A stretch of DNA of 64,000 nt, taken from positions 1,240,001-1,304,000 of the forward strand of contig MU054323.1 of assembly GCA_013239625.1 (NCBI GenBank). Direction: 5' to 3'. Source of the stretch: Lama guanicoe (lineage: Eukaryota). The translations under genes were made by a program, and so were the position numbers. Below are positions 26,881-39,927 of this stretch, piece by piece (the stretch's first letter is position 1; every line of letters begins with the position of its first letter). A model generated the notes under the pieces. That model did not search any database. It saw only the letters and a list, made by a program, of their open reading frames with translations, and was not told where the DNA came from.

Positions 26881-27299
26881 TTACTGTTCTCCCTTTGCCC
26901 TCAAGGGCAAGCGTACTTCTCTCACCAACTTCTGTTTATGTAGTTTCTCCCTATCTGACTAGCAGTTCACATAGACTTTTTTTTTTTTTTTTTTGTAGCA
27001 GATAGAGCATCTCCCTGCCACCCACTGTCATGGCTCAGGAGGTGACTGTCAGATGGAAACTGTGGACATAGCTTCCCCAGCCTGAAGACCTTTGCAGTCC
27101 ACTCCTCTCCATGCTGCCCTCTGCTGACCATAGACAGTCACTGCAATTGACCTTTCAGGTCCTAGGAGTGTCAGACTATAAGACAGACCCTTATCGCTGA
27201 CCTAATTCTAGAATTAGCTTCTGATAAACAGATCATTTATAGTCATATAGAAAGGAATGATATGATCACCAAGAGTGAAAATGTACTAAGAAAACATTT

Positions 27300-29480
27300 C
27301 CTGCTAAAATAACATCATTCTTTTTTGTAATGGTGTTACTAGTCTGATTATTAGAAAATACATTAAATAGAATTGCCATACAACACTTGCCAAATGTTTC
27401 CTAATAAGCTTATGGAAAAGCTGTAGAACTATTAACTGAAATGAATATCAGACAGGAGGCGCCACGGCATGGATGAGTAATCAAACCATAGAATTTATGT
27501 TAATGAATCTTGAAGGTTGCTCCAAGGCTTCATCAACAATCCTATCCCACTCAACATTTTTATAATTGACATGAATGAAGATAGAAGACATATAGCATTT
27601 TCCAGTGATACAATTCTAGGCTGAACAGCTCATGTGACACACAGAATCCACTGTCCAAATAATCCCATCAAACTCATTTTAATAGTTACTGAGGTGCTTC
27701 TTTGTTCTAAGCACTAAAGACAGACTGACAAACGAGGATCTACCTTCACAGAATAAATGTCTTGTGGAAATTCAGAGATTTATTTGGAATCACCTGAATT
27801 AAAATATTGAAAAACAAGTTACTTCTAAATATTTGGCCTGAACAAAACACACCTATTAAAAGATAAAATCCACAAACAACTAGTTTGTAATACCCAGTCT
27901 AAATCAACATTTACTCAGTGACTAAAATCACTATTTCACCGTAGGTGAAAGTCACAGAAGAATTCAGATAAAGGTGGAAGCTCCCTGGAAAGCTGTCCTG
28001 GTTGGACCATATATGAATAATTGTGAAATGGACAGCAATCTATGTTAACAAACTAGAGAGTGGCCATAGGTTGGTGACCAGGAGGGGTCTAGGACATCTT
28101 GCCACAGGAACATTCGAAAAAGACCATTTTTGTTGGGTTAGAGACAAGAAAACTAAAGAAAGAGGCAATGTGTGTGTTGTGTATGTGTGTGCACACATTT
28201 GGGCATATTTGTGGTAAGGATGAAGGAGCAGGTAGCTATTTTCAAACACTGAAGATATGTCACGCCCTTCACCATAGTAGTCTACGGTAGGTAGGTAGTT
28301 TTCACTGCAAGTACACTCTCCTTCCAATGTTTCTTCTAGTAATGGAAGCCCTTTTCCTGTGGAAATCTATTCTGCGTCACCCAGGTAAGGCTAAGCACTA
28401 GGCTTCCCTCGCTTAAAGCAACACTCAACTGCTCTTTCCAGGTGTCACATGACCCTAACCTGATCAGACCTTCCCCTGGATTTCTGCTAGTACTATCAGG
28501 CAAAAGGCACTTTCGTTTCTCTGCAAGTTCCAGTTTAAGGCTCACATAAGCCAGGAGCTACCAAAGATCATCTTTTCCACCACTTGGACAGAGCCCAACA
28601 GAGGGAAAAAAACTAACACAGAGAAAAGAAGAGCTCAGAGATTTAAAGAGGTGAATTGCTGTCACGCAGTTTGAATACTTGTATCCGCCTTACGTTTTAG
28701 ACCTATCATTGGATCTTCTCAATAAATCATCTTTTTGTTTAAGGCACCTTGAGAGGGATTCTATTATTTACCCTAAAAAAATACTGACCATCGCTTTTAC
28801 TAAACACTAAATACTTTACGACCTGTGTCTTCCTTACTCATCTTTATAACACAGTGCCAAGCAGAGCCCCTAACATACAGTAAGTACTCAATAATTGCTG
28901 TGTTAAATTGAAGTGAACCAAAGCTCAAAGGAGGCTGATTTTGACTGAGTTAAGGACAGTCTCCCTAAACACTAGCATTATTATGGACTGAATGTGTCCC
29001 TCTAAAGTTCATTTGTTGAAACCTAATCCCCAGTGCAATGCTCTTTGGAGGTGGGATCTTTGGGAGATGATTAGATTACGGGGTGGAGCTCTTACACATG
29101 GGATTAGTGCCCTGATAAGAGAGCCCAGAGATCTCCTCTGTGCCTTCTGCCATGTAAGTACATAGCAGGAAGACAGCCATTTATGAACCAGGAAGCAAGT
29201 CCTCATCAGACACCAAATCTGCCAGCACCTTCATCTTGGACTTCTTAGCTTCCAGAATTGCACAAACATAAATTCTGCTATTTAAGCCACCCAGTCTATG
29301 GAATTTAGCTATAGAAGCCCAAACTGACTAAGACAGACATGCTTCAACATCAGTCCCAAATCTACCACAAAAAGCATTGCTAGGGATGTTCAAGCTGAGC
29401 CTGACTGTTCAGGCTGCTGAAGGCGGGTGTGTGGGGAAGGCATCCTACAAGCGGGTTCCTTCTAGGGCAGGGTCTATGAT
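27300..29480 (+). mobile_element. Fragmented L3/CR1 LINE with L2 and MLT insertions
   Basis: ctcaacatttttataattgacatg (RT region), ctggttggaccata.., gctattttcaaacactgaag, gatgttcaagctgagcctga appear in CR1 order. Confidence 0.6.
28979..29335 (+). mobile_element. MLT1A-type MaLR solo LTR
   Basis: ttatggactgaatgtgtccc..gttgaaacctaatcccc..tttaagccacccagtctatgg..gactaagaca. Confidence 0.9.
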
Positions 29481-32412
29481 TCTATGTAATAAGTACCTTC
29501 TTTCTATCACTGAAAATATCTCCTATGGTGTTTTCTATCAGTTTTCATTAAAATTAGCTCATCTTTTGGCCTTTTATTCATTTGCTTTACATTCTAAGTT
29601 CATGAAAGAGTAATTACTGGAAAAGTTGGCATAAGGCAAGCTGAAAACAAACTGAAGCCATATTGAGAACAGTGCAGTTAAGAGTCTCCGCTCTGGCTGA
29701 GATTCTGAGCAATCACAGACAAGCTGATTTAGGCTTCCTGTCTATACAAATTCTATTAAAGAGACAGCATGTAAAAGTTTTTAAAATAAGAGTAAAAACA
29801 GAACAATATTTAGTTATGTTTGAGGACTGTCTGAAGGAATGAGTATATGAGGAGAAGAGTGAAAGATGGGGAAAACATGAACAGAAAGTGGAATATTCAA
29901 GTGCAGAACTGTCAAGGGCCAAACATGTCTGATTTACTGATCTCTAGGTAGATACCACTGTATCAGTCATATACTTTCACATTAAGTGATTTCCATAATC
30001 AGAGCATCTTTTAAAAAAAGGAAGTTTAAATGGATTCAATCCTTTCATTTTATTATCTTGACTATGCTCTCAATTTCCTATGTTGGCTGTTTTAGTTTTA
30101 TCCTGGACATAAGTAAAGATATAAATAAAATCTGAAAACAAAGTAAAGATGAAAGATTTGTTATAAATTGTAAGCCATGAAGCGTTTGTACAATCAAAGC
30201 TGAGACTTTGAGTAGTGGTGAGAAAATGTGATCCTGAGTACATAGTTACCTCCATACTGTCTTAGCGGTTTTCTTACGAAGTAATTTTCAGGAGTTATCC
30301 TCATCGACCACTGTTCAAGTCCTTAATCTGCTCAGCAGTTGCTTCATGTGTGATTTACACTCTACTTTATGGCCAGGCAGCTGCAGCAAACACCATTTTT
30401 TTCTGGTCTTTTAGGAATTGTCTTGTTGCAGTAGGTAATACCGACTCTGACAATGCTATTACATCACTAATATAATGTGTGATGGATGCTTGCAGCTAAA
30501 TCCTGCCACCTTTTCTGTAAAGCAAAGTTGACTCGTATCTACTCAGATAAAAATAATAGCTCTATGTCCTCACTGAAAAGAGTGAATCGCTGTGATATTT
30601 CCATAAATACTGAGAGGCATCTATTCTTTTTTGTACCTATCATCTGGAATTCTGTGACATGTGCAGGCCAGAGATGGCAAGTAGAAAGGAAAAGAGGCAG
30701 GGAGCCTGGGTGACGGAGGGGATGGAGGAAGGAAGGAGATACGTTGCAAAGTATAAGGATATGAGCATTTAGTTTCTATAAGAAAATAACCTCCGACTTC
30801 TAGAACAAAATTAGTATTATTATCATTTTCTTTGCTTCCCTAACAAGGAAGACAAACCTGCTTACAGGAAGGAAAAGAAAAAATGGTGCCACAAGATTTT
30901 ATTCTTCATTCCAACCAGTCTTTTTCTGTCACATCCCGTTTACAATCATGTGAGAATATCATTTTAAATTATTTTAAGTAAAAAGGAAAGTACAAGATGA
31001 AAATGTATGTAAGACCGAGGGCATCATTTCTTTCTTTTCCCAAGCTGTCTTATTGTTACACTGTTCTTGTAATAAAAAACAAAAAGACTTTCAGATACCA
31101 GCAAAAAATAATGTTGCTTTTGACTATTATTTTCCTAGCAATATGGCAAATATTTGGAGGGGTAACACATACATATAAAAATAACTCAAGCGTCAAAAAT
31201 CATTCCTGTGGGAAGTACTTTTAAAAATATATAATTAACCTCAAACAAAGGCAAGTGAAGGACATCTTTCAAAGGGAGCCATTTCCGCACTGTAGAATTA
31301 GTTCCCTTTTCTTTCTCTTCCAAATACAAAATGACTTTCTTTGATTCTCTTCCCACGCACTAATTCAAATAACCATGCAGTATAAAGCTTTTTAAATACT
31401 GTGGTAAGATGTTTCAAAGGTCATATTAACATCTGAAAATGGTCCTTTAACATTTTACAAATATTTAGAGATTTTGCACACAAATTGACTAATTTTATAA
31501 TTTTTGATTGTCAGCATTCCCTAATAATTGAAACCTTAGAAGATTACAAAATGCTGGGTGTGTTGCTATCTTGTCCTCAGCATCATCCCACGTGTAGGGA
31601 TATAGCTAAGGGAAGATGTCAATATTTCAATCTGAGAGATAGTGAAAGAACTTACTGTTTCGCCTAATTTTAAAATAAGGGCTGAATTCGGTGAAAAGAA
31701 TTTTGGCAAAGCAAAATGATAAAGATTTCACCATACAAAGAGTCAAATAAATTAACGCAATAATTGAGTCCACTTTTTAAGATAAGGGAACACAGCGTCC
31801 AGAGGAGGGACCCTGAGATTATTCTGCCCCTAACTTGCTTCTTCTTGGCACTGTCTACACAGCAGATCTGCCCAGTGAACACCATTCCTGCCAGGCCATC
31901 ACCAGCATTACCAACTTGGGCTTAGAAATAACATCTTCTTTCTGAAGTTGACGAAGCATACCTTTGACAACTCCAGGGTATGTGCCAGAGATGGACTTGA
32001 GCCAACAGAAAAACAGGAAATTGTCACATGTGTGGATATGCATTGTCATAGATGCTTCAGTGCTACAATTTCTCAATCTGACCCCACGTTAGAGAGCTTC
32101 TAAAATGCAGATTCCAAGGTCTTGCTCCAGAATCAAGCTTTCTTGAGGCACCAGAGCTGAGGGGAATGGGGTTGGAAGAACATATGGGGCTTTCTCATGT
32201 TCAGAACCACATGGCAAGCAAGAGGCAGGACTGGGAGGACTCAAGTCTCCCGGTGCCAAAGACCTTTAGTCACCATCTTCTCTGTGCCATATCACACAAC
32301 TTTCTCTCAAATTAACTAATTGGGTTACATGATTTCTAGGTCTTCCACCTCCTGCTATTATTCCAATTGCTTCCAATAGCAATCAGCACAAAATCCAGCC
32401 TCCTCACCATGG

Positions 32413-32589
32413 CAGGGCCTGCTTCACGGGTGTGTGGAAAGTACAGTCACACGGGCTGTAGGGGTTAGAAGGGGCCACACTTAGTTCAGTGCTTTGTTGT
32501 CTTTGTCTTGAAACCCTCAAAAATTTCTTGTAGAGGAGTCCTGCATTTTCATTTTACACCAGGCCTCACAAACTACCCAGTCAGCTGTG
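32413..32589 (+). mobile_element. MER91A-like hAT-Tip100 MITE
   Basis: cagggcctgcttcacgggtgtg..gtcttgaaa..gcattttcattttacac.. Confidence 0.8.
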
Positions 32590-33509
32590 CCTAGAGGCAC
32601 GTGAACTGATCCTAGCCCGTTCCCACCTCATCTCCTTCGGCTCCCCCCTTCCTTCACTGGTTCCAGCCACCCTCACTTTCTGTCCCCCGCATGTGCTGAT
32701 AAGCTAGGTCAGAGCGTAAGGCTTAGCTTCAAAGACTACATGGGGTCTCATATATCCCTTAATTATAAGTTTTGGTCTCAGGATCCTACCATCCTCTGAC
32801 CAACTCCAAAACAGTGACAATGTGCTTAGTGGTATTTGCAAAGAGAGGGATGGCAGAGCTCAAAAGAGAGCCTTGACTTTGCCTGCCACCCTGCCACGTG
32901 CTCAGAGGCAGAGAAAGTGCTGCTTGGCCCTCCTGCCTTTTAATCACATTGACCCTTGCTAGTAACAAAGAGGAACTGTATCCCAGTCAATGTCCTGGGA
33001 ACAGAGCAATCAGGTTATCAGTGGCTTCCTGGAGGGACTGGAAGAGAGAACTGGAGAGACTGTGGAAAATAAGATTTGACAAGACAGCCTCTCCAGCAGT
33101 GATATAGATTTTAAAATACGTTAAAATATATTTCTATGTCTCAATAATACAAGCTAATGAGGGAGAAAGGCTAAATGTAGAAAGTCTCAATTATGCTAAA
33201 TTTCAAAGAACTCAAGAGAATTGTATAAAGCTGCTTAGGGGCTCTGCATCAATAAACCACAACAAAGAATTTCCAAGTTCGAAAAGCCAGTTTCCTTGAG
33301 CAGATAAAGAGATCCTGGCAATTTTATATGCTATTAAGCACACCTGTTCCTTATAAGTTGAACAACAGGGACTGTAGATTTCAAATCATTGGCACTGGAT
33401 CCCTGTGTAGGGTATTTCTCCTCTCCTTAGCACAGGACAACGCTAGAGCCAATGCTGTGTTCAAACACCCACTACTACCTGGAAATCTGAACTATGAAAT
33501 CCCTAGGAG

Positions 33510-33851
33510 TGAGACAGGAAGGGGGCAGGGCAAGGAATGTTACAGCAATTAACATCAAAATGGTGGAAGAGTCAACCCCCAGTAGGCCCTGTGGCTCAGG
33601 ATGATGGGAGATTTAACTTCAGTAGATCTTGAGCTTCATTCTAAGCCCATTGTAACATAAGCATGGTGAATAACATGCCCACAGGCACCATGGCCATCCC
33701 AAGGCTGGCCACAAAAGGTCAAAGAGTGGGAAATGGGCAACTTCCAGGGAATCCCAGCCCCTTCCCCAGGCTACTTAGACTGGTCCTTCCACTTATTAGC
33801 ATATGAAGCCACCAAGCCCATAAAAACTGGCAACAGGGCGCCTCACAGCTG

Positions 33852-33891
<40 letters not shown>

Positions 33892-34170
33892 CCCTCCCCT
33901 CCACCCCCCCCCTTAGGGGACAGCCCGCACTCTGTCTATGGAGTGTGTACCTACTTTTAATCTGAGCACCCAATCTCCACACCTTGTGGCCTTTCTCTTG
34001 CCTTTCAATGTATCTCTCTGAATAAATCTACCTTTACCTAACTGTGGCTCACTCTTGAATTCTTTCCTGCACAAAGCCAAGGACCCACACTTGGCAGGGC
34101 ACATCCCAAAGGTTCAACCAAAGCCTGGGACTCGGCCCTCCTCACGCTCCACATCTGTTTCCCTGCATCA
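33510..34170 (+). mobile_element. ERV1 MER41-like solo LTR, 661 bp
   Basis: TG...CA; 4-bp TSD ggag (33506-33509, 34171-34174); cataaaaa TATA-like box near 33820; AATAAA at 34021; cttgaattctttcctgc..gccaaggaccca. Confidence 0.9.
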
Positions 34171-34826
34171 GGAGCACCCAGAAAAGCATCTGAAACTAGT
34201 GTTTCAATTAGGCACTGTGCCACTCCATGACAGCTTTCTCCAAAATTGCCCCATGTTAGGCAGAGAGTGTATCTTAAATAGTATTAGAATACTCCTGAGT
34301 GACTGAGCAATCCTTGAAAGACTTGGATCCCAAATGTTGACGAGAATTGAATTCAAGGACAATCCTCCAGGAAAGGCAGCAAAGAATAGCAAAAAGAGAG
34401 TGGTCCTTAAAGTTGACCTACCTGAATGTCAACTCTGCCATTAGCTCCCCAGGGAACACGGGAAAGATATTTTGACAGAGGTTTCATCTGGTGAATGAGG
34501 GAAGGATCCTGTCTTGAAGAGTGGCTGGGAGCACCAAACAGTAAAAAAAGGTAAGGTGAGCGAAGGTGGGGGATCTCCCTAAACTGTCAGTATATAATTT
34601 TTGATTCACACTATAATTTTTCTTTAAGCACTTTCATTAAAGAATGTAAGAGCCGCGAGAAATCATGAAAATCACTGCAAATGATGCTTTCATGTAGCAG
34701 ATGAAAACCTTGCCCAGCAGCACGCTGATAGCTTTGGAATAGTGTAGGGGTTCAGAAAAAGTTGCCCCAAGATGTGCCATTCTGGCATGCAAATTAATAC
34801 GAGCTGAAAACAATCAAGGCCCAAAA

Positions 34827-35469
34827 TAATGCAGGAAAATAGATGTGGGGCGTGAGGAGGGCCGAGTCCCAGGTCTCAGTTGAGCCCCTGGGACGTGCCC
34901 TGCCAAGTGTGGGTCCTTGGCTTCGCTCGGGAAAGAATTCAAGTGCAAGCCACCGTTGAGTAAAGGCAGATTTATTTAGAGAGATACACACTGCATAGAG
35001 TGTAAGGCAAGAGAAAGGCAAGGAACGAGGTGTGGGAATTGGGTGCTCAGGTTAAAGTAAAAGTAGGTACACACTCCGTAGACAGAGTGCGGACTGTCTC
35101 CAAAGGGGAGAGAGAGAGAGCGCAAAGGGCTACTAGGCGTGCTGTTGTCACTTTTTATGGTCTCAGTAGCTTCACATGCCTACAGGTGGGATCAATCCAA
35201 CTGCCCTGGGGAAGGGGCTGAGATTACCAGGAATTGGGCCACTGCCCAATCTTTGGCCTTTGGCGGTTAGCCTTGGGGCTGTCATGGCGCCTGCGGGCAT
35301 GTTATTTGATCACACTGTTACAATGAGCATATAATGAAGCTCAAGGTCTACTAGAAGTTAAACTTCTTAATCCTTAAGGCCAACTAGGAGGTGAATCTTC
35401 CACCATTTTGCTGTTAAATTGCTGTCATTACTTGAGTGGTTGTGCCCTGCCCTCTTCCCTCCTGTCTCA
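34827..35469 (-). mobile_element. ERV1 MER41-like solo LTR, same family as 33510-34170
   Basis: Reverse-complement homology along the whole length; TSD aaaa (34823-34826, 35470-35473). Confidence 0.9.
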
Positions 35470-35572
35470 AAAAGATTCAGGAAGAACTTTTGACATTCCT
35501 TCTAATGCCTAAAAGAATATATAGAGAGAACCTGTTCCCGGAAGGGAACTATCACCATGGATAACTACAGTA

Positions 35573-35728
35573 CAGTCAGCCCTCCCCATCCCTGGTTCTG
35601 CATCCTTAGGGGCAACCAACCCTGGATTGAATTTCTGTACCGTTTTATATAAAGCACTTGAGCATCCATGGATATTGTTGTCTGCAGGGATCCTAAAACC
35701 ACTCCCCATGGCTACTGAGGGGCAACTG
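35573..35728 (-). mobile_element. Short MER2-like Tigger MITE
   Basis: TA TSD; TIRs cagtcagccctc / gaggggcaactg; cttgagcatccatggat core. Confidence 0.85.
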
Positions 35729-36479
35729 TAGGATATGAATTTGGTGTGGTAGATAGGGAGGAACACAGCAGAGCCTGTTTGATCAAAGTCTGCTCAATGT
35801 CCCATTGTTTCTGGATGATTCTGTGAATATTTGTTTACCAAATATTTAGTCTTTTCATTCTTCTTGTGAATTGCCTTCTTTCTCTTTGAATTCCAGACCC
35901 CTAACCTGCTCTCCTTAGTCCAGAAGGACATATATACCTCATTCTGCCTGACTGTCTTTAGAGTCTCTCTTGTTTATGCAGATTCCCTGTATGTACATAA
36001 TTAAGTTTAGGGTTTTCCCCTCCTGTTAATCTGTCTTTTGTCATTTTAAATATCCAACTTGTCAAAAGGACTAAGAGGAAAGGGGAAAATTCCCTCTCCC
36101 CAGCAATAGCAAAAGGGCATGAACCCAGGATCACCTTGCTTGGGGCTCTTTCTGCCACTTCTCTGGGGGTCAAGTCTGCAGGACAAAGGCTGCCTTAAGC
36201 AGCAAAGCTAAAAGGAAACTATCTTAGTCCAAAGTCGTACAAAGTCCAGCCCATCCTACTAGATACTAATAAAAATGATAGCCCCATTTGTTGAGCATCT
36301 GCCAGGTGCCAGGTATTGCACTAGACGTCTTAGCTTACCCACCCTCCTCACCCACTCACGGCAGCCCTGCCTTTACAGACAAGCAAGCTGCCACTAGCAA
36401 GTGTCAGTTACATCCTCAAGGTCACACAGCTTGTACCAGACAGAACCTCAATTCCAATTGCTATCTTCCACTGCTCTTT

Positions 36480-36800
36480 TCAAGGAAGTGAAAGAGAAAG
36501 TGGGAAACCACTAAGGAAGTGAATTCTGCAGTTGACAGCAACCCTGACAGACTGTCACAGGGAGAGAGCCTCAGCGCTGCTGGTACCCACTGCGGTGGTT
36601 ATGTAACCCTGGTCTGCCAGAGGCATGCCTGGTGTGCTGCAGGCGTAGACCGGCAGGAGGATGCTGCGGCTGCTGCCACTGCTGCTGCCTGGGAATCATT
36701 ATCTTTTAGAAAAATCACCACGCTGCTCACTGCAGAGAAAAAAATGCAATATCAAGTCTTCAGAAATTCTGAATTGGAGATCAGCCAGTGAAGCTTGAGG
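36480..36800. promoter_or_regulatory. Candidate enhancer (motif cluster in unique, locally GC-rich DNA)
   Basis: GGTTATGTAACC at 36597, TGACAGACTGTCA at 36545, two AGGAAGTG, several CpGs. Confidence 0.35.
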
Positions 36801-37519
36801 AGCAAAGGGAAACAATTTGCTGCAGAGGATTCAATAATAAAACGCTGTGTGTATTTGGGCTGGATGTATGCGGAAAAGCAAATGGAACAGGGCAGGGTCT
36901 TTAGCACTGACACCATCTTCAATAAATGGACAGTGGGGCTTATAGTTAATGCAAGTCCTTGATGGGGAATTTAAGAGAAACTATCCTGCAGGAAAAAGAA
37001 AGGGGAAAAAAATTAAAGAATCTATAGCTGTTTTCACCTTGGGTCCAATTCTCTGTTTGGAATCGTTCTCTCAATAGCAAACTTAACATGATGTAAGCAC
37101 TGTTCTATAGAAAACATTTGTCTAATCGGGATTTTGTTCTTCGTCCCATCTGTTTAACGGAATTGCTCATCACCTCAAAGTTAACTGAAATCTGTTTGTT
37201 ATCAACAAATTACATAAGAGCCCAGTAAATATTTTATAAAGAGAAATGTAAATATTTCCTTCAGCGTTCACGGGAATAAATGATATTTACCCATGCCTGC
37301 CGCTCCCATAGCCTGCTTGGCTGCCTCTTGGAGGTGATCATGAGGACATTTTCAGAGCTGCTTACCATGAAGGGCAGAGAAATTTCCAGGCTCCAGGACA
37401 CTACTATCTCCCTCTAAGTCAAATAGTCCAATAAATCAAGAAAAGACAACATCATGATATCAATTTAACTGGGCAAAAGAAAATCCAAGAGGGAAATTCA
37501 CACTGCCTTCAGAGATTAC

Positions 37520-37700
37520 GTAGCGCGGTCAAAAGATACAGACTTGAGAGCCAGGCAGACCTGGGTTTGAACCCTGGATCTGTCACCTACCACTGTGTGG
37601 CCTTAGGAAAGTGACTTTATCTCTTGCAGTCTCAACTTTCCACACAGGGTTGTTATCATCTGGTAAGCAAGTTGCCTAGAACAGTGCGAGGCATATAGTA
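37520..37700 (+). mobile_element. MIR SINE
   Basis: agacctgggtttgaaccctgg..tgtgtggccttaggaaagtgactt. Confidence 0.8.
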
Positions 37701-39927
37701 ATAATTATAGCCTGGCCTCATGAGTAAAGGCTGTTTTCCAAAACTCATTCCTCTGAGGTTTCCACAGCCCTTGGGAATTTGATCTAGGCCTTGGGGGCCA
37801 TGTTTAGCTACTCCCCACACTGCCATTTACCACTGGGTTATGCTCCCACAAATCAAATCTCCTGGGAAGGTTTTCAAACAATGTCTTTATCTGAAAATCA
37901 AGTTATTCCCTCCCTGCTTTGCCCAGCCCATGGGAGCTAGAAATCTTTATCTCAAGGTGAGAGGTGGGGCAGCTAATATGCTATATTCTTCTGAGTTTCA
38001 GAGGCAGAATTCATCCTCTGCCGAAAGTGTAGGCTCCAATTGCCAATCTGCTCTATTTCCAGGGACATGCACTGAACTCCTCAAAATCACTAATTACATC
38101 CTGCGGAAATCATAACCCCTCCTACTGGCTTTTGGGCCTCTCTATTTTCAACGAAGTCAGCAGGGCCCAAATGCCGACTCCCTATGGAAGTTCTTCCATG
38201 TGAATAGAGGAAAAATAAAAGGGAGATATAGTCTTGCCTTGGAACTGAGAGACCTGGATGTTAGTCCCAGTTCTGAGATTAACAGTTCAGTGGACCCCTT
38301 TTCACGTGCACCTATTTCCTCAGTTCTAAAATGAACGACTGGGGATGACTCTTTCAATGTCCCTTTCAGTCGCAAACAATGCTAAGTTAGCCCACAGAGT
38401 TATCTTTCCCTGGAATTCAAGTTTCTACCTACTCAGAAGCAAGAAGTTAAGCCCTGGGTCTGAGGCAAGAGGAGACAGCTAGTACAATGGAAGCAGAAGA
38501 CCAAGGAAGACAAAGAATAAAAACTGGGATATTTAGGACATTGTCTGCCAAAATATATTCCAGAGAATACCAGTGCCATAAAAAAATAGGTGCTGCTATC
38601 TTTTCTTTCAAAGGTGCTCTCTGGTCAAATAAATATGGAAAATATTCCGTTAACAAATGGTTTCCTTTGCTGCTGGTCTTCTCACAGCAGTTAATGTGCT
38701 AATATGAATTGCAGATCTCCCCCACGGTGCATACAGCATGTATGACATCTCAGAGTTATACTTTGAAGAAATCATTCTGGGAAATGTTAATCTAAGAGAA
38801 GCTATAACCACCAACAGAGCTGGTAGCAAACAGGACAAGATCTCCCTGGTGATAACACCAAAGTCAGATTGGCATTGTAAATGAAATAGTAATGGCTATC
38901 GATTCCTTCTGCAGTAAAGATTTGAATATATAGGAACCCAATTCTTTCATTCAGTGTTTATTAAGTGTTTCCTATGGATTTAGCCTGTGCTGGAGAGAAG
39001 AGAGTATTTATCAGTGACTGTGTGTGTGCGTGTATGTGTGCACGTTGTGCATACTGAGCAGGGGTACAGGGTGGGGGAAGTATGGTGCAAGAGAAATACT
39101 TGATCAAAAGCCTCAAGACATAATATGGTAAGTTAATCTAAGTTAATTATATAAAATTACGTAGGATACCAAGCTTTGGGGTCAAGACAACTCCAAACAT
39201 GTGTATCGATGAGCAATGGCACAGGCAAGAATAGCTTTGTAGAGAGTCAAGGTTCGTACTGGTCTATGAGAAATTCAATTAGTGTAGACCAGATGATAAC
39301 CTGACACCTCTGACAAGTAAGATTTATCTCCATTTATAAATTAAGAGCTGATAAATATTTCTTAGCAGCAATAGTTAGAATAGAATCATTGGAAGTGCTG
39401 CCATGAAGTGTAGAATTACTTGTCTACATCTCCAGCCAGTTGCAATGTATGGCCATTTCTGATTACCACTTTAATACAATTCTTCCTGTTCTTTTCCTAC
39501 TCTATGCTATCAATCCCACTCCCTGTCCCCTGGTTTTCCTTGATTCATGTAAATTAACGGCCATTTCAGGCCCCAAATTATTTCCAGTCTCTTAAGAGGT
39601 CCCAGAAAAATGCCGTCCAACACATCTATTCCATTATTCTTTTCCATCCTGGATTTCCTGGTTTCATGCAAGTTCACTGCACATACCATGCTCACAGGGA
39701 GTATGCTCATACACAGTCACCCCACTTAAAGCTGAGATGAGACCCCGACACACACTGGGAAAAGGAGGTAGTTGACCATCCATATTCTCCACGTCCATAA
39801 TACCAAAGAGCCCCACGTGCTCTCTTCACATGGTATTTACCAGGGTCAGTGAGCACTGAGAACTTAACTTGGAAAATATCAATAAATAAGGAGTTTTTTT
39901 TTTTAAAGAGCATCATGCTCAATCAAT

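Larger units (their letters stand above)
34743..36105 (+). mobile_element. ERV1 MER34-like solo LTR hosting two insertions
   Basis: tgtaggggttcagaa..gccccaagatgtgcc..gagctgaa start, tgttaatctgtcttttgtca..ctccccagca end; TSD atag (34739-34742, 36106-36109). Confidence 0.85.
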
